DNA from: Balanoglossus misakiensis
Lineage: Eukaryota; Animalia; Hemichordata
NCBI GenBank assembly: GCA_040954595.2
Contig: CM082577.2
Coordinates: 11,999,654 to 12,063,653, forward strand
Direction: 5' to 3'
Length of the DNA stretch: 64,000 nt
The notes under the pieces were generated by a model. It was not told where the DNA came from. It worked only from the letters and a program-made list of their open reading frames with translations, and searched no databases. The number at the start of each line of letters is the position of its first letter. The first letter of the stretch is position 1. A program made the translations under genes and the position numbers. This document shows positions 36,301-48,210 of the stretch, piece after piece.

Positions 36301-39300
36301 CACGTCACCATGTATAAACAATGATTGTGTACTTCACATGTGTGAGTGCCCCTGAAATAGCTAGGGCATTAAGAAAATGTATTCATTTTGGGGTGTGGGA
36401 CTTTGAGAGTATAAGGTTACTAAAACGGTCTGATTTACATACCCCACACTTAAAAAAGGAACAATAAAATTACCTGCGTTCTTTTCCCCAATAGAGAACC
36501 GTAGCCTCTTTCTACGAAAAACATGTTTTGTTAAATCTACTTAGGCCTATGTTATGTACTTATGTTAATATTAGTCAAAAATAACTCCTCTGAAAATGGC
36601 CGTAATATTACCAAGGAACAGTGATTATAGTATTATGGTATTTGAGTTAAATGATTCCACGCAGTGTGCAGTTGGCAGCATATGGTTTCCATTCTGTACC
36701 CCAGTATTTAATTACATTGTACACAGACAAAAATGCTTATTTTTGAGTGTCCATGGATTGGCGTTTAAAAATCATATGACTTCTCTGTAAACAAGTGCCT
36801 TACTATTGTTACTCTTCTTGTTTGAATTCATTCAGATCTACTGGAATACATGCGAGCTCCAAATCCTCTGTTCATTGGCTATGAACAGCGACTGGAAGAT
36901 ATTTACCAATCCTACGTAGAACATCAACCTGCAGAAGCAGATGCCAATCCGACGTTAAGGAGTAGCGTTATTCATGTAAGTTATACATATATACGTGCGC
37001 TCCTGTAAGGTATTGTGGGCCTCAAAAATCAAAGCTATCAATTGTTTCTCATATTAAGATCAGTGTAACATTTGATTATTCTCTTAAAATTGAGAAAACA
37101 AAGTGGGGACACCGCGCAAAAAAAAATAGTGACAGAGAAAATTGTTTCAAATTTTACAATAAAAATGGCCACCACTCTCTATATTGAGATGTTGGAGAAT
37201 ATTTGAAGTAGTGATGATTATGAAAACAAGAATGAAGGTGAACCTATGTATTCTTCTTTTTGTTCAATAGACCCCTCACATTTTTTTATGTGAAAGAATT
37301 GAGGGGTTTGAAAGACAGCAATTACTTTTGAAAATGTTTTCCCATTAAGGCGCGCACTACCTTGACAGATCAATTTCTGGGATTCAATAGATTTACATTT
37401 TACACAATTGCCATTTCTGTTAATTAAATGGACGAGGAAACGAGTGCATAGAATGAAAGATGCGAAATGCAATGTATATGTAAAATTCAGAATCTTCGTG
37501 ATGAAAATATAATGGTGGTCAAAAGTGGAAAGTAGTACAATTCATTGATAGTTTCCTGTACTTGTGAAGAAACGGCGAGCAAACATACACAACAGAGAGT
37601 CTAATAACTGAAACGTTATTTTTTTATTTGTAGGTGATAAATGGCCTGGCCGGTTGCGGGAAGTCAGAAATTGCTATACAGTACATCAGGAAATATTTTA
37701 AAATCTATACAAGTGGTGTGTTGTGGATACCCGCGGGTTCCCCTGCGACCTTGGACTACGTATTTAAACGGACGGTACGTTTTATGTGTCCTGTCCCGTA
37801 ATTTGTAGTCACAGTGTATACCAATCGTGATATCCACAAAAATCTAGGGGTTTGTAAAAAAATCCCAGACGTACTTTGTATGACAGTTGCGACCTTGAAT
37901 GATGATTATTTTGCCTACTGTTACGTCACCGGTCATTCGGTCTCTACAAATAAGTAACAGCCACGTGTGACTATTTTATAGGCGGAAAAGCTGAACCTCT
38001 TCGGGGAGAAGAAAGATGTGCGCCCTGACGTCACAAAGAAAGCCGTCACAGACTGGTTGACGGAGAAGTCGAACTGGCTGTTGGTCTTGGATAATGCTGA
38101 TCTGTCTGGCAACGTCTTCGATTATTTCCCCAATTTCCCTAACGGAGGTCACATCATCATCACGTCACGCGATACGTCATATGCAACGTCAATCCTATAT
38201 CCCGTAGTGAAGAAGAAATTCCATATCAAACCTCTCAAACAAGACGAGGCCATGGTCTTACTGGTCCGCTATGTCGACGATCAACCAAACGGGGAACCCA
38301 TGACCGTCACAGCTGCTAAAGACATGATCCAGAAGATGGCAGAGCAGAATCCAGCCAACCTCGAAGCACTTCAGTGGCTTGCTGGTCCCGATGGCCTTGA
38401 TGGTCTACCACTCGCGCTCATTGCCGCTGCAAAGTACATGAATGAAAACAAGACGTCGTTTTCTGGATACAAGCAACTGTCGATAAATTGTATTGACAAG
38501 GAACTGTTTCCCACCGCTGAAGATGATCCACTGAGGGCCTTTTTAAAGAGCTGCTACTTGGACAAGTATCACGAAAACATACGCGAGAGGACGCACAACT
38601 CCCTCACGGCATTCTTGGAGTTGACCAAATCTGACCTGACTTCTTCCCCGATAGAAATGACAGAGACCGACGCTGACCGGTTCCTGGAGGAAAGAGACCG
38701 CGAGGTGTTCATCAACAAATGGATGTACAAACGAAAGAGTGTCCTGGCCACGTGGAGCTTAACATTCCGACATCTGACGGTCACACAGCAAGGCAGAGCC
38801 GCCCTGGAGCTCCTTCAGATGTGCGTGTTTCTGGAACCCACTGTTTCAGAGCAACTTATCATCCAAGGGGTCGAAAGCATCAGCCTGAGTGACCTTCAAG
38901 CGGCCTTGAAGGACAAAGTGAAGGGCCTGAGAGCAGACGAAAAAAGTGACCAGATTCAGCGCAACCTCAACACAGTTCTGAAGGAGCTACGAAGGCACAG
39001 CCTGGTCGACACCAACGAAACAAACATCGGTCGAGCAAAGCTTGGTCACTGGGTAAAGCGAAATTTCACCATTCACAGGGTTATGAGGAAGGCTGTCAAA
39101 GCAGATCTCTCTGAAGACACATATAGTGAAAAGTACATCGCGGCTATATCCGGTACAATATCGTTCCTGGTTTCAATCTTCCCCACGTATGAACAGGTCT
39201 ACAGAAGATTTACTGGTCCCTATGAGGCCATCTCCGAAGAAGAAGAAGAGGTGGCTCTCCATACCAAGACTCTCTCTCGTAACCTCAGAAACGACCTGCT

Positions 39301-42300
39301 CATCGCAGCAAAGGGGGAGATACACAACCCGGCTGACCTGCTGTATGCTGTTGCGCTGTATTATCGACTCGTAAAGGGGAGGCGCGATGAAGCACTTGTA
39401 CTCTACAAGAAAGCGTTAGAAGTAGAAACCATCCTCGGCACGGCACTCGATAGCCAAAAACGAAACTTTCAAATTGCTTATGGTGAGTTTATACAGTATT
39501 TTTTTCAAATAGTACTGTTTTACGTCACTCTGTTTTTATCATATTCTCGAATACGTTGTTCTGTAGAAACAAAACCAAGAGTCTAAAGACATAACATCGC
39601 CAGAATATTACAAATCATAACGTTTCACCATTTTCTCATGGTACGGACGCTAAATGTTTTTGTCAGTAAAAATCTCTACTTACAGTGATTTATTTCACTC
39701 CAGCTCACTTTCAGCTTGGCAGAGTTCTGATGGAACTTGATAATAAGGAGAAAGCTCTCCAGCATCTTGAACAGGCGGAAGACCACTACAGAAAGAGCTG
39801 CAGCTCCGAAGAAAAATTTGATGCAGATGTAAAATTGGCAAAGTGTTAGTATAGTGTCATGCCATTCGGATAATTGTTAGTGTTAGAAGCAGATGTATGT
39901 TAAGTACCTAAATGCTGTAATGTAACACCGCCTTTGCATGTCACAGTCTTCTTCTCGCACTCCTGGCACGCTGAGAGTGTGGGATCAGAGTGTGAGAACA
40001 AATCGATCCCACACTCTCACTTAATTTTGTCCAACACAGACTAGTGTGGGACAGAAAATCCCAACTCGTGTGAGAAATATGATCCTAAACCCAATGTATC
40101 TTTTGGGTTGACATTTTTATGATCCACAGTGTACAATATACAAGCGATGGCCCTTGAAGGAGGATACGCGAGGGACTACAACAAGCCCATTCCCGACGAA
40201 AGCACCGTGAATGAAATTGAAGGCAAATTCCAGACGGCAATCAAAATTTGTCAAAAACACTACAAGAATGAACCAGGAAAATGGACGGCCATAGGTATGC
40301 AAGTATAATATATTCTTGTTATTTTATAACTGCACATTAACGGGCAAGGAACTACCATTACAGCTCTCTATATACAAACCATCATGGCATCTGTACATTT
40401 GTGTATACCATAATCACCGTTTTGAGCGAACTGCGATCATTCCGCTCTCTTGATTGCTATTTCAGCCATGCATGAATATGCAGTTTTTCTCCGCCGAAAG
40501 GAGCCAGTTGACAAAGGCAAAATAGAGACACTGTTTCGGGAGTCCCTGGAAATGAAGAAGAAGGTTTGGGGATCCAAAGATAATGGCAACCATATAAGCA
40601 TTGCGATTGGTGAGTGTAAACTTTGCAACATAAAATTCGTGTAATGAAATATTAATGACGACGGAAAACGTACTTATAACATACGAGATAGATTGTTGTT
40701 CATCAGAGATGGTTCCAAAATGACGTACTGTAAATGGATATCTTTGTTTAAAGGAATGACTGACCTTGCTGTGTTTTATCTCGCGAACGAGGATGCCAGT
40801 AAATACGAAGAAGCTGAAGGCCTCTTGACAAAGGCACTGAAGATCAAAGAGTGTGTTCTGTCCCACTATGAGCAATTCGACAGCTGGCAGATAGGTACTT
40901 CAATTTGTTTCACTGACAATAACCTTTGAAATCATGTATAGCGTTATAGGTTGATCAGCACCGACTTACTGCGGCACGTTTCAGTCATGACTTGCAAAGC
41001 TGACCATGTATTTGTAACATTTGAATGAGAAAAAAATGAATGCTTAAAACAAACATTGATTGAAGTTATTTGTAAGTTTTGTCTTTTCAAAACGTTGATT
41101 GTGTCAACTCAACTGCGTTGGAAGTGTTAAATGCGAATCGTTATTGACGAATTTAGTCGTATAATTTCAGTTGTACATAAAAAGTACCCCTTGACTGTAA
41201 AACTGGCCACACATTACTGCTAAATCATCCATTCTGCAGATTTACCGATATCCGTCCGGTTAAGTGTCTGTATTCTACTTTAGTTTTCTTTTTTTGCCTT
41301 TCGGGGACGCAATATTGGTGTTTCAAATTGTGTTCATACATACTCTTCAGTTAAAGGGACAAAGTCTATCTCTCGCTGCCATTTTCCCATCAATTATGTT
41401 TTATACAATACACACTGACTGTTTACTAGTATGTTATACTACATGTGGATATAGTGAATCAACGTTCAATCACACACAACTTCCATCCTATTTGTAAGAT
41501 ATGAGAGTAAACATCTCGCTAAAATGAATAAATGGTAAACACCGATTATTCATTTTGGCGAGTTTTTCACTCTCGTGTCTACAAGTGGGATTGAAGTTGT
41601 ATGTGGTTGGACGTTGATTCACTATATATCCACATGTAGAATAACATGAACGGTGTCTTGTATCAAACATAATTAATGGAAAAGGGGCAGCGAGAGAGAG
41701 ACTTTGTCCCTTTAAAAAGACTAGTATAAAATGAGGTGGCAAATTATTTTTCAGTATCTTCAAATGTCTTTATCATGTCATTCAATTTCAGGAGTCTATT
41801 TTCTTATTCGACTATACATGCTACTGGGAAACGACGAGGAAAAGACAAAATACGAAAACCTACTGAAAGAAAAATCGGAGAAAGCATTCGAGGAGGAATT
41901 TGCATCCAGAGACTTAGGGAAGGGTACGTACAACTTCTTCAGTCTGTTTGCAAATCATGTAGCTCTCTTATTAGGTCCCATTTGTATAGGTATATACCAG
42001 TGGGACCTTATAGGATCGGTTGCGTCTGTATGTATGTATGTATGTATGTATGTATGGATGGATGGATGGATGTCTGTATGTCCGTCCACATCAAAAACTT
42101 GAAAACCGCTGCACGTATAACCTCGATATTTGGTGTGTAGATGCATGCTGGGCTGTAGATGGGAGTTTGTTCGAACGAAGTTGTCATTGCCAAAAATATG
42201 CAAATTAGCTGGTTACTTAGTTGGCTGATTATTTGGTAGGATGATTGGTTGTTTGGCTGTGGTGTTTGAAGAAACTAACTATGCTGACATCTTTCCCTCT

Positions 42301-42340
42301 CCTTGCAGCTTTCCCACCGGATCCCATGATGTGGGCTTAA
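33329..42340 (+). CDS. Full-length TM - coiled coil - NB-ARC (with SAM-like insert) - TPR protein, paralog B, about 957 aa
   Basis: 15 phase-consistent GT-AG exons: 33329-33401, 33770-33829, 34534-34569, 34745-34783, 35452-35490, 36081-36170, 36836-36975 (PNPLFIGYEQRL), 37634-37774 (Walker A GLAGCGKS), 37982-39482 (LLVLDNAD, GLPLAL, FTIHRV), 39704-39844, 40130-40294, 40466-40609, 40754-40894, 41792-41923, 42309-42340; 2874 nt open frame. Confidence 0.87.
41355..41711. mobile_element. Kolobok-like palindromic MITE copy in an intron
   Basis: TTAA-AGGGACAAAGTC...GACTTTGTCCCT-TTAA. Confidence 0.8.
41971..42212 (-). mobile_element. 3' fragment of a Helentron-associated (HINE/DINE-1-like) element
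   Basis: Inverted homolog of ~47973-48210; tetranucleotide microsatellite plus short terminal hairpin GGTCCCA...TGGGACC. Confidence 0.65.
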
Positions 42341-43393
42341 TTCATCAGCGGAGTACCCACCCTTCCGTGGTTTGTGTATCGCCAGACTCTCAAATGTAGG
42401 ACTCAGTCGTCGAGGAGAGTTTAACACATCCAACAACTCCCTTGGTTGACATTGCCAGCAGTGCCGGGTTGATATTTAGTGCTCCTGTCTGAGCACTGAG
42501 GAGAGAGTCTTTGATCTTGCCAAACGTTAGAAATTATGGTCAAACTGCTAATGAACTTGTATTGATATCTAACAATGTTAGCATACACTGATGATTTGTG
42601 TCGTGAAAATTTTTGTTTTGTACATTTTTTGCTCAATGCCGCATTCATTTAGTACTAGATTATGAGAGTAACTGACAGGTTGAATATTGTTCGTTTGAAT
42701 TCATTACTGTGAAATTACATTTTCAGATATAACGCTTCAGAGCAGTGCCTGTAAAATACAGTGTCTACGAAATAGTAGAAAGGACGATATTAGTGTGTCC
42801 CTTTTTAGTTGTAAACGTTTATCTTGACATTACAATTTCAATCTTGGTGGATAAGCATATTTTACACTCTCGCATTGACAGGATTTGTCCTTGATTTTAA
42901 GATGACGTATTTTGGAACGATTTCTTATGCAAAACCAACAGCCTTGACTATAGTTTGTCTATTTCCACATATACAATCTAAACGTCCATCCGTCCCCAAT
43001 ACTTCATAATAAGACACGCCACTCAACACATTTAAATACAGGTCAGCAATCAATAGCCTGTGTATGATAAGCATTGTACAGATCGACAAACAGTCTGATA
43101 AGCTACGCAAACAGTGATCACCAGTTACGGCAAACATGTTTGAGACTTTGGCTCCTTTGACATGACCAGATGAATTCTTTTGAGTGATATATGTTTAAGT
43201 TGGAAATATCAAAACACGTATTATTCTATGAAATAAAAGAAACAAGGGCATCGACAGTATGATGTAAGCAACTAATTGTTTTTGAGTTTCACTGATGAGA
43301 ACTCGGCGCGCCTCTTATCTCTTGTAGTGGATCCAATCGCTCACCATGACGAAATGTAATCGATATTTTTGGCTTGGGTGTACACGACGCGAC

Positions 43394-43712
43394 GAGAGAG
43401 AGAGAGCGCGCGCGCGCGCGACAGCGAGAGAGAGAGAGAGCGACAGCGAGAGAGAGAGAGAGGGGGGGGAAGCGACAGCGAGAGAGAGAGAGGGAGGGAA
43501 AGCGACAGCGAGAGAGAGCGACAGCAAGAGAGAGAGAGAGAGCGACAGCGAGAGAGAGAGAGCGAGAGAGAGAGAGCGACAGCGAGAGAGAGAGAGAGAG
43601 AGAGGGGGGAAGCGACAGCGAGAGAGAGAGAGAGAGAGAGGAAGCGACAGCGAGAGAGAGGGAAGCGACAGCGAGAGAGAGAGCGACAGCAAGAGAGAGA
43701 GAGAGAGCGACA

Positions 43713-43743
<31 letters not shown>

Positions 43744-43822
43744 GCGACAGCAAGAGAGAGAGAGAGAGGGGGGGAAGCGACAGCGAGAGAGAGAGCGACA
43801 GCGAGAGAGAGAGAGAGCGACA

Positions 43823-43853
<31 letters not shown>

Positions 43854-44027
43854 GCGACAGCAAGAGAGAGAGAGAGAGAGGGGGGGGGGAAGCGACAGCG
43901 AGAGAGAGGGAAGCGACAGCGAGAGAGAGAGCGACAGCGAGAGAGAGAGAGAGAGCGACAGCGAGAGAGAGAGAGAGGGGGGAGCGACAGCGAGAGAGAG
44001 AGAAAGAGAGTGAGTGAGAGAGAAAGC

Positions 44028-44080
<53 letters not shown>
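43394..44080. repeat. Compound microsatellite (GA)n punctuated by GCGACAGC
   Basis: About 25 GCGACAGC motifs separated by variable GA runs. Confidence 0.95.
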
Positions 44081-44081
<1 letters not shown>

Positions 44082-44805
44082 TTGGTAAAGTGTGTCATTT
44101 GAAACTGCCATCAGTATTGCCTCAGTTTATAGCAATACATTTCACTGGTCGTACAACGGCGGGCCACGAATAACTCGAAAAGGTATTCCGGTGCTCGTCA
44201 TGCTATTTTCGCACTTGGTTCTATTTTGATGGAACAAGCTGAAATAACTCTGATTGGTGATTGGTTCTTGTTTGCAAAATCGATGGTGTTCGTGTTTTGT
44301 TTTGTAATTTTTAAAGAAGTATACATTCATCTGCGCGTGCATATAACTGTCGGTTCAATATTTAAAAGCCAACGACGAATGGGTAAGTGGATGCGTTTGT
44401 TTATTTATTTATTTTCTGGTAATTGTCTGAAAATCTCCTCAAACCGACAAATTGCATGGTTTCCCTGTTTTTTATATTTTCCATATGGTAATGTTCTGGA
44501 GTATGCTTTCTGCTGCAGAAGAGAAACACTTGAATTATTTGTCAACACTTGGTGAGTTTGGGGTTTGCTGTGCACGGTCCATTCTGTCATAAAATTAATT
44601 CTAAAAAATAAAAATGAAACAAATGAATAATTAATTAACGATATTTAAATCTAAATGAACTATCACACGATCGAGTTTTGATCAGTACGTACATACGTGC
44701 GTGATCATGGCTTGAAATGGAGTCTAACATATTTTGTTTTTTCATGCACGCACATCTTGAATAGAGGCATCACGTATTTTCTATTTTTTTACAGGTCAAC
44801 ACGCC

Positions 44806-45953
44806 ATGAGGTTGTTGCTGGTCGTCTCGACGCTTCTGGCCGTCGTGCACTGTAGTTTCGAAGCCAGCCATCCGTTTCGTTCAAAGCCATGGGTTTGTAC
44901 GACTTCCAAAGTCAAGGGATACGACGACACCATATTTGATATTATATCAACTCACGGCGTTGAGTGTTTCGAAGAGATAATGGTGTTACCGGACGCACTG
45001 GAGAAAGAGACGCCGATTTACACTGCCAAGTTCGTGAAAGTTGTTGGTAGTTATATCGGACCAACAAATACATACAGAAGCGTAAGCATTGTGAGTGACA
45101 AGTTGGACACAGCCGCGATAAACATGGTAAATATATACAATTTTAAGCGAACGGGGAGTTTAGTTGCAACTCTGAGTTTCACACGTCGATCACAGTCCCT
45201 CCTGTATTGACAACAAAACGTTGCTTCTTTTTCGCGCAGGGAACCAGGATATCTGACGACGAATCTGTCATAGAGTGTTTAGATTGTACAGTTAGCGTCT
45301 ATACCGAGAGAAGACTCGCTGAAACGTGCAAAGACATGAACGTAAGTTTAGCCCAAATAAAAAATATATGTTGTTGCGATTACCCGACCTACCCTAATTT
45401 TAGCCCGCCGACCCTAAACTTTTTAGAGCTCTGTACACCGGAAGTAAAAGAACTATGACATCATTCTACACTACGGTGCCCAAAGATATATAACAAATTG
45501 CAAAATAAAAAAAAATCCCTACCTACCTACCTTATTTTTGAAAGCCATGTACACTGTTATCGAACCAGCACATATTTTTTGGCCTTAATTAATCAAAGGT
45601 CCACTATCTGTAACTTTTGATTATTCTCTCGGTGTTTTCATTCTGTGTAATATGTTTGCCTGGAACACAACCTTCTGACTTTGGAATTCTGTCATCTTTT
45701 GGGAGCGTTGTATTTCCCACGCTACGCTACAAAAATATTGTGAAAAAATCATAATGGTGAAAATTGAATTTTTTTATTATTATATTTTAATATTTAGATA
45801 TGTCCCGAGAAACTCTCCCAGGTACTCTACTGGAATCCTCCAGGAAATGTCACCTTTTCTGTCAACGTTGAGTACTGTGCCTACAGAGGTTCTGAAGACA
45901 CCTACAGTTACTTCTGCAAGTTCTATCACCCTGAACATGATTTGGAGTTATAG
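44806..45953 (+). CDS. Secreted cysteine-containing protein of unknown family, 192 aa
   Basis: Signal peptide MRLLLVVSTLLAVVHC; phase-0 exons 44806-45126, 45240-45341, 45798-45953 with canonical splice sites; 8 Cys in the mature region. Confidence 0.7.
45351..45584. mobile_element. MITE, same family as 5202-5487
   Basis: Shares ACCCGACCTACCCTAATTTT..CCGACCCTAAACTTTTTAGAGCT. Confidence 0.65.
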
Positions 45954-46337
45954 ACTGCACCGCGTGCAATTGATCATGTCGAAAGACACACCTTTTCATC
46001 CAACTCTATCAGTAATTGAGGTGACGGTCTGTAGGGACCTCTTGTTTTCTCTTTATTTGGGATGGTGCTGTTTTAACACTTTATTGGTACTTGCGAGGTT
46101 ATCAGTTCTTTGCGTCGATTCGTGATGATCGCACCCTTACAACTTGCATTTCAGCATGAACTGTGACAATAACACTCGGCATCTCAGGTTGCCTCTTATA
46201 ATAAAAATAACGTCAAGGACACTGTGGTCCCATTTGAGGATTATGCGGAAACAGTGACACACCAGAAAAAAAATTACAGGTGACATTGCAAGCAGATATG
46301 ATCTTACGATATAGAAATATGGAATTTAAAAAAAATT

Positions 46338-48210
46338 AACAAGGAACATGCCCAATAAACTGTCATGTGTCATGGCAGTCTTACAAGTGGTGCTAGAAAA
46401 AAAATTGACCAAAAATTGTCTGTACAAACACATATGAGAAGCAACTTCTTTCAGTCAGCCCTGGAACAGACAGACAGACACACACTGACCTGCCACTGGT
46501 GATTAAAAATTTAATAGCCGGTGGTCTCTGTAACAGCTGGCCTATTAAAGTTATGTAAACATGTTTAAGTTGGGGGTCAACAAGCAGTTTCACAGAAAAT
46601 ATTTGTTCAAAAGTGGCAAAAACACAAATATGCAAATATCACCAAAATTGTACAATATCTTCAATCACTACAAGGAAAATGCTGCCAAAGTTCAATGCAA
46701 TATGACAAGCGGCTTCAGAGAAAAATATAGCTGCAAGCAGCAATAGCGGGCCCAAGCCAACATAGCACATATCAACATAGCAATAAGCATATCTGCTCTG
46801 GATGCCAAGATATGGTAAAGTAGGTCAAAGGTCTAGTCCCAACAATCCAAACTCCAAGTCTGTACCTGCTCTGGATGCCGAGATATAGGAAAGAAGTCAA
46901 AGGTCACCTGAGGTCACAAAAAATTTGGGCAAGAAATTTTGACCGTATACTGGTCCATGTTCAACAAAACTATAGCCCTATTGGTTAGCCTGGAATTAGG
47001 TATGCACATAATTAATGAGATAAGCAGGTGTCACAGGTGACCCCCATTTAAGGCTTTTCAATTTTAGTCCCAAACGCCAAGTCTGTACCTGCTCTGGATG
47101 CCGAGATATAAGAAAGTAGGTCAAAGGTCACCTGAGGTCATCCAAAATTTGGGCAAGAAATTTTGACCCCATACTGATCCATGTTCATTAAGAACAAAAC
47201 CTCTATTAGTTAGCCCAGAATTAGGTATGTACATAATTAATGAGATGAGCAGGTGTCACAGGTGACCCCCAATTTGGCTTTTCGATTGTAGTCCCAACCC
47301 TCCAAATGCCTAGTCTGTACCTGCTCTAGGTGCTGAGATATAGGAAAGTAGGTCAAAGGTCACCTGAGGTCACCCAAAATTTGGGCAACAAATGTTGACC
47401 CCATACTTGTCCATGTCCCTCAAGAACGAAACCTCTAGCCCTATTTGTTAGCCCAGAATTAGGTATGCAAATATTTAATGAGTTAAGCAGGTGTTACAGG
47501 TGAGCCTAAAATTTTGCCTTTTATTTTGGTCCCATTCTGCTCACTGGCCAATAGCCAGTCACTGTACAGGACCATTGCACAGACCAGAATTCCACAATAA
47601 GACGTGGACATAGCTTAACTATAGAGGTATAAGTAAAGGTATAAATTAAAAAAAAAATTAATATAACGAAATCGGTCGATTTTTCATAAATTTTTTTTCC
47701 TCTTAAAATGATTATCAAATGCTAGGCTTGCTACACACCAAAGTTGGAGTTGATCGGCCTAACAGATTTTGAAATCACTTTCAGAAATGAAGACTTCTGA
47801 CCAATAACATGGAAAAATACAAAAAAATGCATAAAAAATAGGAAATCAATAATATTAGCTCAAAACATACAGGACTGTATGAGGTTGACATAAGGTACAT
47901 GCATACCAATTTTCAAATCAATATGACCAGTGGTTGTTGAGTTTTTGAGTTTTGACCAAGTTCACATTTTCCCAGCTAATTTGCATATTTTTGGCAATGA
48001 CAACTTCATTTGAACAAACTCCCATCTACAGCCCTGCCTTCATCTACACACCAAATATCAAGGTCATATGCGCAGCGGTTTTCAGGTTTTTGATGTGGAC
48101 GGACATACAGACATACATACATACATCCATACATACATACATACATACATACAGACGCAACCAATCCCATATGGTCCCATGGTATATATGCCTATACCAA
48201 TGGGACCTAA
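46338..48210 (+). mobile_element. HINE/DINE-1-like element(s) with an internal ~225-bp tandem array
   Basis: Units starting CTGTACCTGCTCT at ~46860, 47083 and 47315; (CATA)n microsatellite and terminal hairpin at 48100-48210; a second microsatellite plus hairpin end at 46465-46550. Confidence 0.6.

Noticed and set aside
43289-44111. Six long ORFs (SL/ER repeats) in all frames
   Set aside because: Artefact of a stop-free GA microsatellite.
45936-45953. C-terminal HDLEL as an ER-retention signal
   Set aside because: The last four residues, DLEL, do not match the KDEL/HDEL consensus.
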